Source: Camelus dromedarius (Eukaryota). From it: a stretch of 64,000 bases of DNA. The stretch is from assembly GCF_036321535.1 (NCBI RefSeq), contig NC_087436.1, positions 47,804,001-47,868,000 of the forward strand. The letters run 5' to 3'. Below the pieces are notes generated by a model, which worked only from the letters and a program-made list of their open reading frames with translations, had not been told where the DNA came from and ran no database searches. Shown piece after piece: positions 51,801 through 64,000 of the stretch. How positions within the stretch are numbered: the first letter of the stretch is position 1; every line of letters starts with the position of its first letter. Both the position numbers and the translations under genes were made by a program.

Positions 51801-52610
51801 TTGACTGTATTTGTGGGGGGAGTCTGTTACTGTGCTCTTTATTCCATTTTGTTAATCTATATGTCTGCTCTTTTGCCAATACTATACTGTCTTGACTTCT
51901 GTAGTTTTATAATTAGTCTTGAAGTTGAGTACTGTCAGTTCTCCAATTTTCTTCTTCTTCAGTGTTGTGTTGAATATTTTGGGTTTTTGTCTTTCCATGC
52001 AGACCTTACAATCAGTTTGTCAGTATGTCCAAAATAGTTTGCTAGGATTTTGATTGGGATTATCTTGAATCTATAGATAAAATTGGAAAGAATTGACATC
52101 TTAATAATATGGATTCTTCTAATCCATGAACACAGACTAATTATTTACATAGAATTTTTAAATTAGGTTTTGGTAGGTTTCTGTATATGGATCCTGTACA
52201 TCTTTTCTTAGGTATATGCCTAAGTATTTCATTTTTTGGTGCTATTGTAACTGGTATAATTTTTTAAAATTCAAATTCTCATTTGCTGATATATAGGAAA
52301 GCAGTTGACTTTTAAATCCTAAAATCTTGCTATATTCACTTATTAATTATAGGAAGTTTTTTGTTTTGTTTTTTCTTTATTCTTTGGGATTTTTAACATA
52401 CACAATCATGTCATCTGTGCAGAAAAACAATTTTATTTCCTCCTTCCCATCTAGTATACACTTTATTTCCTTTTCTTGTCTTATTGCATTAGATAGAGCT
52501 TTTCAATATGAGGTTGAATATACACGGTGAAAGAGGATGTTCTTGCCTTATTCCTGATCTTAGGGAAAATGTGTCCAGCATCACACTATTAACTATGATG
52601 TTAGCTTTTG
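48843..52610 (-). mobile_element. Old L1 (L1MC/L1MD-type), long 3' UTR plus 3' part of ORF2
   Basis: 3' UTR homologous to 5940-6860; 50700-52610 is collinear with the ORF2 region of the young L1 at 27300-29110. Confidence 0.85.
51632..51748 (-). mobile_element. L1MA9-like 3'-end fragment nested in the older L1
   Basis: gatataattgacatacagcactg...gaaatgattaccaca, flanked by decayed TSD aaagattagcctttt (from 51620) / aaagatgatctttt (from 51749). Confidence 0.7.
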
Positions 52611-52632
52611 CTTCCTTTTAGAATTAAGTATT

Positions 52633-52909
52633 TATCTTAGTCAGTTCCAGATGTTATAACAGAATACCGTCATAGACTGGGTGGCTTAAAAACAACACAA
52701 ATTTATTTCTCAGTTTTGGAATCTAGGAAGTCCAAGATCAAGGTACCGACAGATTCAGTGTCTGGTGAGAGCCCACTTCCTGGTTCATAGGCAGCCATCT
52801 TCTGACTGTATCTTCACACAGTAGAAGGCGTGAGAGAGCTCTAAGTGCACTGATAAGTGCACTAATTTCATTGACAACCTCATGACCTAATCATCTCCCA
52901 AAGGCCCCA
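52633..52909 (-). mobile_element. MLT1A-like MaLR LTR, partial
   Basis: catagactgggtggcttaaaaacaac...ggaagtccaagatcaaggtacc...tctggtgagagcccacttcctggttcatag...ctcatgacctaatcatctcccaaaggcccca. Confidence 0.85.
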
Positions 52910-55900
52910 GAAGGGTTGTGAAGTATGGCACTCACAAACAGTGCTCATTTTCTATAAACTCAAAGTAAATTCTATCCACAAATTCTGAATATTAATTGTA
53001 CACAACTAGGTTTTATGAAGCTTATTAAATCTTAAAGGTATAGAGCAAAGTTATGACTTTTATTTATTGCTAGTTAGTTATATAAGCGTAACAGAGCTGC
53101 TAGAGTCAGTTAAGATAAAAAAAAAAAATTCCAAATGTTTTATCTCTCAGGGGAGTGGATTGAGCTTTTAAAATTTCTTTTACTATGTAGTTATTTAGAG
53201 AGATATTTATAATATGAAAGTCCAAGGGTCCTTTTGTCAACCTTATAAATAGGTTTAGAAATTTTATCAGCCCTTGGAAACATGCACATTATCAGCCAGC
53301 AAAATTTTTTATCAAGAGTGTCATAGTGATGAAATATCTGATAGCTATGAATATTAAGCACAGAGTATATTGGGACACATTTCAGTTTGATGTATATTCT
53401 TATTTCTTTGGTCTTTTAAAACTTTCCTTAAAATCTAATGCTAATCATAAGCCTTGGGTAGGAGAGTGGAGTCTGGCTCTTTATGATTAGATACTGAATT
53501 ATGTGAAAAAGGTCTGTTTTGGATCACTTGTGTTGTTAAGTATAACATTTCCTAATCCTATTTTGATAAGCCACAGTGAATAAGCAGTCTTTTATTCCAT
53601 GCATAGATAACATAATAGATTTTACATACTGTCTCAAGAAACACACAAATCCAGAGCTCAAGACATAGTATGTGCTTCCACTGGCTGTTCATTTGTTTTC
53701 TTTATCATATCCTTTAATAAACTGATAAATTAAAAATAAAAAGGCAGTATATGCAAAGCTCTACCTTAAAAGAGGCTGTCACTTTTATGTTCGCTCTCTA
53801 CCTGACTCTCGTGTCCTTCATTCAGTTTTTTTCCAGAACTTTAACTGTTCTAGTACTTTCTACAAATTCCTATTTCTCACACTAATGGACAAATTGTAAA
53901 CCTTTCATTTCCTAGTCTTTTAACACCCCCACCTTTTTTCCCCTATTCTACTCCAGGGGGAAAAATCCATGATTCTTGTTCATAATATTATAAACTTTCT
54001 CTCCTCTTTGATGCTGTGGAAGTCACAATTGGTTCTTTATTTCGTATTTGTTTGTTTGGCTTTTTTAAAAATCATTTTCCTGGGGCAGGTGGATGAGGCA
54101 AGTCAGTAGGAGAGAGGATTTTGAGAAATAAGATTCAGGAGTATTAATTTTCTAATTACAAGTACCTTGTCCAGTAGAATTAACAAATTAAGCTACAATT
54201 TTAATTTACCTTAATATGTACAATAAATCTCCCCTAATTCTAATTTTGTATACTTCATTTGTATATTATCCTTGTAGTGAAGTGAAGATTAGGTGATTAG
54301 AACAGTTTTTCTGGGTTATGATTAGTTCCTACTAAAGTTTTGAGAGTGGATAGGCCATCTTTCCAGTCTTGAATTTTTATATGTTGCTCAATGTTGAGTT
54401 TTATCTTTGAACATACAGACAACTAAAATTTTTATTTCTGCCAAGTGAACAAATAAATAAACAAATCAAATAACTGGAAGAATCAAGTGGTGTTTAGTCT
54501 GACCTCCAATATTAGAATTAAAGTCAACATGGAATTTAGTTGCAAGGTACATTAGCCACATCATTTAAGTTTTTAAATGATGGAAATGAAAATATTAGCA
54601 ATGTTAATTCTAATTTGAGTTAGCCCTGTATTAAAAAAATCAATCTGAATTTAGAAATCTGTCATTTGATTTCTTCTGTTTATAACAATGGTTGTGGATT
54701 GTTTTTAAGTGTCTGACAAAGGTCCTCTGTCTTCATTAGAGAAGGAATTTCAGGAATTAAGAGATTTCTTACTTCCAGATTTGAAATAGGTCCTCCACTG
54801 TATTTATTTTTTTTAATCATTATGTCCAAAAGGAATCATTATGGATCTTTCTTGCAACAGAATTAAGTTTCTTGTCTTAGTTGTTTTTAAAGGGGATCAC
54901 ATCAAAATCAAATGATGTCCAGCTCCTGACCTCAAGGAAAAGCTAGAAATCTCTGGAGGATGCTGCTGCTTGTGCTTACCTGCAGAAAAGGATTTAGCCT
55001 TCTTGGTGAATAAAGCCCTTAAGATGAGGAAAAAACAGAAATTAACATGTTATCATGCATCAGTTATCTGGCAGCTGTCTAGAAAAAATACGTGATAAAT
55101 AAAATATGGAGAATATTTGACAGTATTTTGGGTTCAAAATTTGGAACCGGTTTCAAGCGTTTTTTTCTATTCACTTTCATTTACTCTTGTCAAAGAGTTA
55201 TTTCCTGTTTTTTTCGGAAGACTCTTTTGAGAAGTTTAACTGAAGGACTGAAAAGCTTCTTAGTCATTAAATGGCTCTAACAAATAACATTTGTAACTTT
55301 TTGGAGGGGCACAATGGATGAGTGAATCAGAAACCAACTGAATTTTAAATGACAGATTTGATTCAACATTTATCTCCCTTTTACTCTTTAACGTGCTGGT
55401 GTAAAATGGGCCACGACCACAAGGCCAAGACAGTAATGGGTGACTTGATGTGGGGAAGCTCTTAGGGAGCAGTTTCTTGGCAGAGAGTTCTAGGAGCTAA
55501 TTTGAACCTCAAGTTCAGGGGTTACCCAATGTAGACCATGAACTTGCTACTGAAAGAGAAAAATAAAGCCACCTTTAAGAGTGCCAAGGAGAGATAGCGT
55601 TATGAGCTTAGATAGCAAGGACAAGTGGAGATAGAAAGATAAATCAAGCAGAGGTCAATCCTTGCGAAGAAACAGAAAGAGATAAGATGTAACACTGGAA
55701 TTAAGTCCACAAACAAGTAGTAAGAAAATCTTCCTTTTACGCCAATTCCAGCACGTGATATTGGGGAAGATGTGGACCTTTCATGACATCAGACTGATTG
55801 AGGCAGTTTGTGAAAGAGTCATGGGGACTCTGAGGAGCTTTTATGTTTGTTGGGCATAAATCCCTTCTTCTGTGCATAAGGTACTCACACTTGTAACCAT

Positions 55901-56354
55901 CAAGAGGATAAAACTTAGTTGTGGAACGGAGACAGATTTAGAATCTTCATCTCCATTTCAAAGTCCATAATCTTTAAAATCTCCTGCTAAAACGGGACCA
56001 GCTGTTTGGAAAGAAATCAAAGTCAAAGAGCAGATTGATAAACCATTGATTAGAAGCCTTGCCTTATTCTTACCAAGCCACTAAGATAGTGAGGACAATT
56101 CCAGAGGAGTAGGCATCCCTTAATGATGTCTTGAGGACTTGTTTTATTCTTGATTTTGGTAGGACTCAGTTGTAAAGTGGATGCTTTCTCCAGCCAAAAA
56201 AGCGTTTCTTTGTTTGTCGTTGTTTCTCCTTGTGCATTTTCAAATATAGGAAAATATACTTTATTGTTAAAGTTTCTCACTCATGATCTTCGGTCTCTGG
56301 AGCAGTGGTGTTTTTAACTGTTCAACACTAATTCTTTTCAAAAAATGTTTGCTC

Positions 56355-57340
56355 TCCCACCCAATATGATTTCGTTGGGACTGCCAACCATAATAGCACA
56401 TGCCTTGTGATCATGCACATAATATCACACTCCTAGTCACAGAACTGAGAGTGTGATTTGCACCTTATTTTTCTATGCTCTTGCTAATGTTGATTGGTTC
56501 AAAGGTAGGCATGTGACCCAAGGTAGGCCAATCAATGCATTTCTCCAAGAGTCCTCATTTTGGAGGTAGGAGAAAATTCTTGCTTTTCTGGATAATAATG
56601 CTTGAAGAGTACTGTATCTGTCAGACTATAATTCAGCTGATGTTATAAAGATCTCAAGTTAGTATTAAACAAGATAGAAGTTTACTAGTCTATCATGTAA
56701 AAGTCTGATCTGTATGGTAGCTCTCCCCAGCCAAGTCATTAAGGGCCCATGCTCATTCTATGCAGTTATCCTGCAATACTAAGCATGCAGCTTTTGTCTT
56801 GCAATCCAAGATGACTGCTGCAGCTCCAACTTATGTCTGCATTACAGCCAGTGCAAAGAGAATGAACAGGGGGAGGACACAACTCATCCCCTCAAAGGCA
56901 TAACTAGAAGATGTGTAAGTCACTACTGCTCAGATCATATTGCCTGTAACTTACATGGCCACACCTATCTTCAAGGAAAGCTGGAGATAGTAGCCATTAC
57001 ATGGATAACCACATGACTAGCTAAACATTACATCGTAGAAGAAGTGGAGAATGGAATTTGAGGAAACATGTCTATTTTTGTCAAATGTATGCATCAGGGT
57101 TTCCTGGAAGCTACTTTTTCTTATGAATGTATGTATGAGTGAACTCTTCTTATAGTTGATAAGAGTCGGTTGGAATATTTGAGTGCATCACATTTTTATA
57201 TAATTGTACTACTTTCTGACTTTCTAGTTAAGTGGACAAATATATTTATTTATGTGTATATATGTATGTGTATGTGTTTTACTAAATAAATATAAGTCAA
57301 GCTCTTGTCACTTGTGGTCCAAATAGTCCTAACTAGTACA
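56355..57340 (+). mobile_element. LTR16-like ERVL LTR interrupted by an MLT1 LTR
   Basis: gattggttcaaaggtaggcatgtgacccaaggtaggccaatca before the insertion; cttgtcacttgtggtccaaatagtcctaactagtaca after it. Confidence 0.55.
56613..57085 (-). mobile_element. MLT1J/K-like MaLR LTR
   Basis: ttaaacaagatagaagtttac, ccaagatgactgctgcagctccaac and catggccacacctatcttcaaggaaagctggaga are antisense MLT1 motifs. Confidence 0.7.
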
Positions 57341-57622
57341 ATCCTGCAAAGGGTGAGGGGAAACTAATTCTAAGTCTTCAAAAATGAATAAAAATAAGAG
57401 ACTTCCCACTGCTTCTTTTAGGACACAGGATATGCATAGAAGTGATGTCTCCTGAAAACTATGATTGTTCTATTTTAAAAAGGACTATGGAGTATTTGGC
57501 TCAAGAAAGATTTAAACTGAGCAAATAATTTAAACTCTCAGAGATTCTTGGGGTTTGATGAAGTCTGAAGATAAGGATAAAAAGGACAGTAATAAATAAG
57601 AATAAATAACAAAAAAAAAGTC

Positions 57623-57823
57623 ATTTCTTAAATAGCTACTATGTACCTAAAGAATTAAGTATTAAAATAAGTTCATTTAATTTTCACTTCAACTTTATAG
57701 TAATGAGTATTGCCCCTATTTTACAAATAATGGGAAAATTTAAATAACTTTTCCAAGATGATAATCTGTGGCTAAATCAGGATTGCATCTTAACCTGACT
57801 TCCAAGCCAGCCTTAGTCTTTCC
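57623..57823 (-). mobile_element. MIR SINE
   Basis: tactatgtacc...tcatttaattttcac...ccctattttacaaataatgggaaa...aaataacttttccaag...ctgacttccaagcc. Confidence 0.6.
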
Positions 57824-57825
57824 TT

Positions 57826-58009
57826 GTCACCATCATTATCACCATTGGTTTCATCATGGTCATCATCATTCAGTGTCCTTCTTTACCAGCAACCCCATCC
57901 TCACAACCACCATTGCTTCCACACCACCACCACTACCATCACCATCATTACATCAGGAGCACTCTCAGCACTACTGCCCGGATCACCACCATCTACAGTA
58001 CTACCACCA
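57826..58009. repeat. Degenerate (CAC/CAT)n triplet low-complexity tract
   Basis: caccatcattatcaccattggtttcatcatggtcatcatcatt...caccaccaccactaccatcaccatcattacatc; source of the His/Thr/Pro-rich ORFs. Confidence 0.85.
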
Positions 58010-58311
58010 GCTCCCCTGCTTCCAATAAAAACCCCAGAATAATAACTCTTGAAGAGAATATAATACTTACGTATTTGTTTTTTTCCATGCAAAGCATAGC
58101 CTTAGACATAGAATAGTCAATGCAATTAATATAAAAACAAAAAACCCACTCCATATTTTATGTAAGTTATTCATTAATTTTTCTTCTTGTATCTCAGTAT
58201 ACATTGCCCATACTGTCCAATTAATTCTCTAGTAAATAGTTTTTATAAGGACAAAGACCTTGATTTGTTAACCATTTTATTAACAAAAATACGAACCTAA
58301 TATATTTTCAT

Positions 58312-59190
58312 TGTCATTCATTTATTACAGCAACTAGTCTCTGTAGTGTCAAGCTCTAAATGTGACTTGGGAATGCAATGATGATTAAGAAAATAGGACA
58401 ACATACAATTGAGCAAGGAGTTGTAATGATAAGTGTGAAATGTTAGGAACGGTTAAATACAGGAAGGGAGGACAAGATATGGCAGAGACACCCCAATTTT
58501 TAGGGGTGGGATGGAAAGGGATCCTGCAGGAAGTGATGTTTATACTGAGGCTGGAAGAATGAGTGGGAAATGTCAAGGAAAAGAGGGAAACAGATTGTTT
58601 CAGAGGATACTGCATGGACAAAGACACAAAGATGATACCTTTTTTTTCTAGAAATTGATATTCATTGTGGTGAATCTGGACATGAGAAGGATGGGCTGCA
58701 ACTGCAGGGGAAGTGTCGAGTCACATGGTTTACATGATAAAAAAGGAGGACTTTATCCTAAGGGCAATGGGAACAATTTAAAACACTGCAAGGCCATCAG
58801 AATTGCACTTTAGATCTTCACTTTAGACTGCTGCTTGCAGTGTGGAGAGGAATTATGGGGGTCAAGACTGGAGTCAGGGATTAGGATCATTATTAAATTG
58901 CAGTAGTCCAACTGAAATGGTCATCTTCAAGAATTGTCTTACTTGAGATGGGAACAGTTTGCTTTCATCTTTGTAAAGGGAGGGAGAGGGAAAGAAATGC
59001 ACAAAGTCAAGAAATAGTTATGAAGTAGAATCACTATGACTTGTGGTTGATTAAAACAGAGACATGAAAGAGAAGGATGATTTAAAGATAACACCACAGT
59101 TTCTCTGTGGGCAACCAGTATCTGGTGATGTAATTCATTTATGTATGGAGGAAAGAAAGTTTTGGAGACGAGGAATAAGTCAAGATTTTT
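58312..59190 (-). mobile_element. L2 LINE 3' region; continues at ~60395-60620 after an L1 insertion
   Basis: tcattcatttattacagc terminus; ggactttatcctaagggcaatgggaac; gtagaatcactatgacttgtggttgatt; resumes with ttttgtgcatgttgagt...aagtggagatgtcc. Confidence 0.7.
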
Positions 59191-59214
59191 GGTTTAAAAA
59201 AAACTTAAAAAGCA

Positions 59215-60295
59215 CTTTTTATTTGGAAGTAATTTCATGCTTAATGAAAAGGTACAAAAATGATACAAATTACCTCTTAGACATTTTATTCTCTCTGTAT
59301 ATAGATGTACATAGATAGATGGATAGATAGATAATAGATCTAGTTATAAATAGATGTAGTTATCCCTGAACCATTAAGAGTAAGTTGTTCACATCATACA
59401 TTTTTATCTCTAAATATTTCAGTGTGTATATATATATACTTTTTTTTTTTTAAGAACAAGGACATTCTTTTACATAACCACACTGCCATTTTAGGAATTT
59501 TACATTGATGCAACATTTTAATGTACCATCTACATTCCAATTTTGTCAATTGATCCAATTATGTCTTTTATGACTTTTTTTCCCTCTAGAACTGGATCCA
59601 TTCCAGGATCACATACTGCATTTCATTGTATGTCTCTTTAGTCTCCCCTTGTCTGAACTGGTTCCTCAATTGTCTCACAGTCTTCCTTTTTTCTTTTTTT
59701 TTAAGATAGCCTCCTCCTTTTTATAATAGAATATTTTCCATTTGGACTTGTGTGATGTTTTATCTTGATTCAATTCAGGTTGTGCTTTCCAGGTCATGAC
59801 GTTACAGATGTGATGCTGTGCCCATCTCAGGGTGTTACGTTCAGAGATACACGATGTGCATCTACCTCTCGTGGATGATGTTAATTTTGATCACTTTGTT
59901 AAGACGCCTTGTCTTTCTAGAGGATAGTTCCTCTTTCTGCCTTGTATCTTATAAGCACTTTATGAAGAGACATTCCAACACATACAAATAAACATATGCT
60001 CTTCATTAAAATCTCTTACTCCCAACCCCCATGATTTATCATCCATAGATGATTCTTGCGTGAGCCAATCTTTACTACGTTGGTTACAAAATGATTTTCC
60101 AACTCCAGGACTCTCTCCACATTTATCAATTAGCATCGTACTCTAAGAGCCTTTCTTTCTCCCCTATGCATTTGATTTATTTATCTACTTATTATATACC
60201 TAAGGGCTTGTGGACTCCTGTTTTTCAGTGGTTTATAATTCATTACAACCTATAATTATTTTAGTGCACAAATTGTCCCATATTTGGCTAGCTTT
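59215..60295 (-). mobile_element. Old L1 (L1MC4/5-like) 3' UTR with (GATA)n tract
   Basis: ttttatttggaagtaatttcatgctta...aagaacaaggacattcttttacataaccac...ggatccattccaggatcacatactgcattt...aaattgtcccatatttggc. Confidence 0.75.
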
Positions 60296-61368
60296 CAATT
60301 TGCTCTCAGATTTTAGATGGGAATTCTGCTGCAGTTGATATTTCGTTTGAATTCAGGACATTTTAACATGGGATTCTTTGTTAAGCTGGTTCCATATTGA
60401 TGAATTCGCTTTTGTGCATGTTGAGTATTTATTGTCCATAAGACATAAAAGTGGAGATGTCCAAGAGATTGCTGGATATATAGGTCTGGACATCAGGAAA
60501 GTAATTTAGACTAAACCATTGCCTTGAGAACCCTCAGCTATATTCATGGTAATTGAAGTCTTTAAGGTAGATAAGATTGCTGAGTATCTCAGTGAGTAGC
60601 TATCTAGAGCATAAATCTAAGATAAATGATATTAACTAAAAACAATTACATGAATAACAACAAGTACTGTGAGTTTACGTGAAATTACAGAAGTAGTACC
60701 TATGTTTTACAGACAGTTAAAAAAATCAGAAATAAAACTAGAAGCATTTTAGAGACTTTTTGCAGGTTGCCTAGTGAGTAATGGACTTGGTCAACATTAG
60801 AATTCTATGTTACTTATTATTCCTTTCTGCTGCTTATTCTCTATTTCCCACTGAATGTTATCTTTTAAAATATACCTGGAAGAAACCTGCTTGTAATATT
60901 TGTGTTGGTCCAAACTGAGTTTAAAACTTACCTCATAACAAAGAATCCCACGTTAAAATGTCCAGGATTCAAACCAAATATCACGTCTAAGAGCTGAAAG
61001 CAAATACTCCCTAGTCTGTCTGCTGAAATATCACCTTTTACTGCTCCTTGTGGACTGGCAGAACTCAGGTGCTCTGTGAGTGGGCAGTTAACCACGCCTA
61101 AGAAGTACTAGGAATGAGAGGCTTTGTATTTAATGGAAATTTCCACTAAAGCAGACGCCCCACCACCAGCACACAAAATTAACCTTGCTGATTATAAATT
61201 TTGTGCCTGTATTTATTTTCTTATGGGAAAGGGAGTAATGAGAACAAATTACGCCATATGGGATTGAGAAACATGAAGTTAGGAGACAGTAAACTCAGGA
61301 TACAGAGCACTAGTGTGGAAGATGAACTGGCTGTCAGGGTTAAAAAAAAAAATCACTGAAACATGTGC

Positions 61369-61388
61369 TTTCAGTCACGTGACTGAAA
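61369..61388. promoter_or_regulatory. Perfect 20-bp palindrome containing GTCACGTGAC (USF/MiT-TFE class E-box, CLEAR-type)
   Basis: TTTCAGTCACGTGACTGAAA equals its own reverse complement; function unproven. Confidence 0.4.
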
Positions 61389-61634
61389 AAACGCAGTTTT
61401 AGAAAGAGGGATGGAAGATACTCCTTTGAGGATTTCACAGAGTTCTTGGGCTGGTTGTCATTCTTAGCTGAGCTGATGGATTGGTGTGGCAGAGATAACA
61501 GTAGATCGAATCAGCATTCCAGTTAAAACCTCCCAGAAAGTGATGGCATGAGTCAGTGACAGTTGTCCTTAATGCTCCTTTATAATTCTGTTATTTAAAA
61601 TGTTTATATTTGTAATTAGAGGTTATATTTGCCG

Positions 61635-61797
61635 GCTGTTCATTGTGTGCTTGAAACAGTTCCAAGTGCTTAGCATATATTGAAGTATTTAATCTTCAAA
61701 ACAAACTTCTAACATATGTACTTTTACAGTTTCCATTTTTCAGATGAAAAGATTCACCCATAGGAATGTTGAGTAGCTTGCCAAAAATTGTGCCACT
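61635..61797 (-). mobile_element. MIR SINE
   Basis: gttccaagtgcttagcatatattgaagtatttaatcttcaaaacaa...ccatttttcagatgaaaag...agtagcttgccaaaa. Confidence 0.7.
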
Positions 61798-63704
61798 GGG
61801 CAACTAAATATTATCATGATCCATTTAGCTTCTTTCCAAAGATATAAGATTAGAGAAATAAACCATATTCTAAAACTTATGTAAATGAGTTGATTAATTC
61901 ACTCTTGGCCAAAGTCATTTTTTTAGCTCATTGTGTTCTCCCACAAACAGTGCTAATATGTTCCACATCCTTTTCAAAAACGCTAATTCTCTAATCTGAT
62001 ACTGCAGTGTAAATTCATATTAAATGCTTAGTGTATTTCTATTTTTGTATGTGCATAACACATAGAAAATGTAAATTCTCAGAGAGTATTATTTATTTAT
62101 GATGTAAATTTGTGAGAAGGCCAATGATAATTGTCTCCATATTAATGAACTTGATCTCATTTTCCCTGCAGTTTAAGGATGTCATTTAATATTTCAGTAT
62201 ATCTTAAAGATATGTCACATTATTTCATAATATTGTAAATTTTATTATACAATTTTAATAAACTGAGTGAAAATAACAATAATGTAAGTTCATTGCAAGT
62301 ATTATCTTAAAAATCTCTTTTGTAGAACCCCTTAATTCCATTTGCAGAATGTAATATTTAAATTTGTTCTTTAGTATCTACATAGCTTATAAAATACTCT
62401 GTTGTTCATGGAATTATTCTTAATTTCATTAGTAGCACTGATACTAACACTCATTATTTTGTGGACTCTCTTACAATGATTCTTGGAGACCAATTGTTGC
62501 TGTGCATAATTCAGTGAATCGCTAAAACATCTGTTGCTACTTTTTTAAAAAGTTGATCATGTACATAAATTACCTGTCAGCCATAGCCTGGGCTCCATCT
62601 ATTGCATGATGTATGCCACTGGGAAATGGACTTTTTTCCAGGAATTAATTTTTAAGGCTTTCAAACATAAATGACCCCTTTGTATACACTCTATGTAATT
62701 TTAAACATAACATATCCACTAATACTTTTGCTTTCCTTATGAACATTATATTATGAGCGATAAAGCCTCATTATCAGACTGGATGATTTCATCTATTGTA
62801 ATCAAAATGTGCTTGACTGGAGTTCACTGCTTAGCTAATCTTATACATCTTTCCCAATGCTGTCGATTTTTCTTCAGAAAGAATCGTGGCTTGCAGAAGA
62901 GAAGAAATTATTTCTTATTTTTTCATTATCCTACTTATAAACTCTCACATGATGATTATAATTTTACTTTAGTGTGGTGGGGCCCGTCCTATTTTGTAAT
63001 AACTTGTGTTGCCCTGTAGAAAACAACTTGTTAAAATAGTTTTAAAATAAATCCAATGTTGGTATTATGATTTTCAGTATTTTTCTCTGAATCTCATTAA
63101 CATGATACACATTTGCCAATTTTATCTTTCAAATCTTTCCTGTCAGCAGTCTCCCCCTTTCCTCCTCTCTTTTTTTTTACAGCTCTGTGTATAGATGAGT
63201 CATATGTTATTTTACACATTCCCCAACAGTGGAATTTAAATTTACCCTAGTTTTCACTGCAAAAAGTTAACATTGTCTTACATATGTCTTTGCAAACTTT
63301 CTTCAAATGTATCTATAAAAAATCCTGTAAACAGAATTTTTGGAACAGGAGGCATGTATACATTTTTGTACTGAGGTGGAGGAATTGGAATAGGACTGTT
63401 TGTGACCAGATTTCTAAATTCTCCTATTTTCCTAAATCTTTCATCTTTTGGTAGGGGTTGTAAAATGCTTGTTTTATTGTTTTAATTATATAAATGATGC
63501 ATGAACTTATATTTGATGAAAAATTATGTGGAGAAAAATATTTCATTCCCTTTTAAATCTGCCAGATTGTTTTGTAAAGGAGGGGCATGCATACATACAC
63601 ACAGATACGGATATTTTTCCTTTTAATAAAAATAATGTGGATTATATTATACATATTGTACTATGAATTTGTCAGATCATTAAGTCAAATCTTTTTCTGT
63701 TTTC

Positions 63705-64000
63705 CTTTTTAAATCAACTCTACTGAGGTATAATTCACATACAATAAACTGTATGCATCCATTTAAAATGCACAATTTGATGTTTTAACAAATGTTTACA
63801 CCCTTGTAACCACCACAATTAAGGTATGAAACACTTCCATCAAACTACAAAGTTCCCTTGTATTCCTTGACAGTCAGTGCCTTCCCCAGTCCTGGCCCCG
63901 TGCAACCACTGATCTGATTTCTATCATCCTGAGTCAGTTTTGCCAGGTTGAAAAATTCGTGTAAATGGAATCATGCAGGAAGTGGTCTCCTGTGTTTGGT
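63705..64000 (-). mobile_element. L1MB/L1ME-type L1 3' end, runs off the window edge
   Basis: caactctactgaggtataattcacatacaataaactg...gtaaccaccacaattaag...gcaaccactgatctgatttctatc...gtaaatggaatcatgcag. Confidence 0.85.

Noticed and set aside
3481..52863. Short tandem micro-duplications (gagacaattat 3481/3495; agtagatttac 21064/21081; cttaaactttta 36668/36684; taagtgcact 52842/52854)
   Set aside because: Unrelated 10-12 bp units, two copies each; ordinary slippage or repair products, not an array.
57768..58116. His/Pro/Thr-rich overlapping ORFs
   Set aside because: Produced by a degenerate CAC/CAT triplet tract that lacks stops in several frames.
1..64000. A novel multi-gene system, CRISPR array, operon or viral insert
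   Set aside because: No long ORFs outside L1, no regularly spaced repeat-spacer array, and no compositional island. The sequence reads as ordinary mammalian non-coding DNA plus repeats.

Overview
Eutherian nuclear DNA, most likely from a camelid (alpaca, llama or camel), based on a tRNA-derived vic-1-type SINE and several copies of a lineage-specific L1 3' end. The window is AT-rich and CpG-poor, with no CpG island. I recognise no host protein-coding exon, RNA gene or processed pseudogene. The only clearly protein-like ORFs are broken L1 ORF1/ORF2 fragments, plus a CR1/L3 reverse-transcriptase fossil read by hand. A large share of the window is transposon-derived: young and old L1, L2, L3/CR1, MIR, MaLR/ERVL solo LTRs and hAT MITEs, often nested. 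L1s lie mostly on the - strand, which would fit an intron of a long + strand gene, but this is inference. I do not see evidence for a novel multi-gene system. The observations most worth following up are small: a perfect 20-bp palindrome centred on GTCACGTGAC, a ~90-nt imperfect hairpin in apparently unique sequence, a fold-back templated-insertion scar, an LTR-borne CTCF motif, and some candidate splice signals. Repeat subfamily names come from recalled consensus similarity, not a database search, and boundaries of old repeats are approximate.
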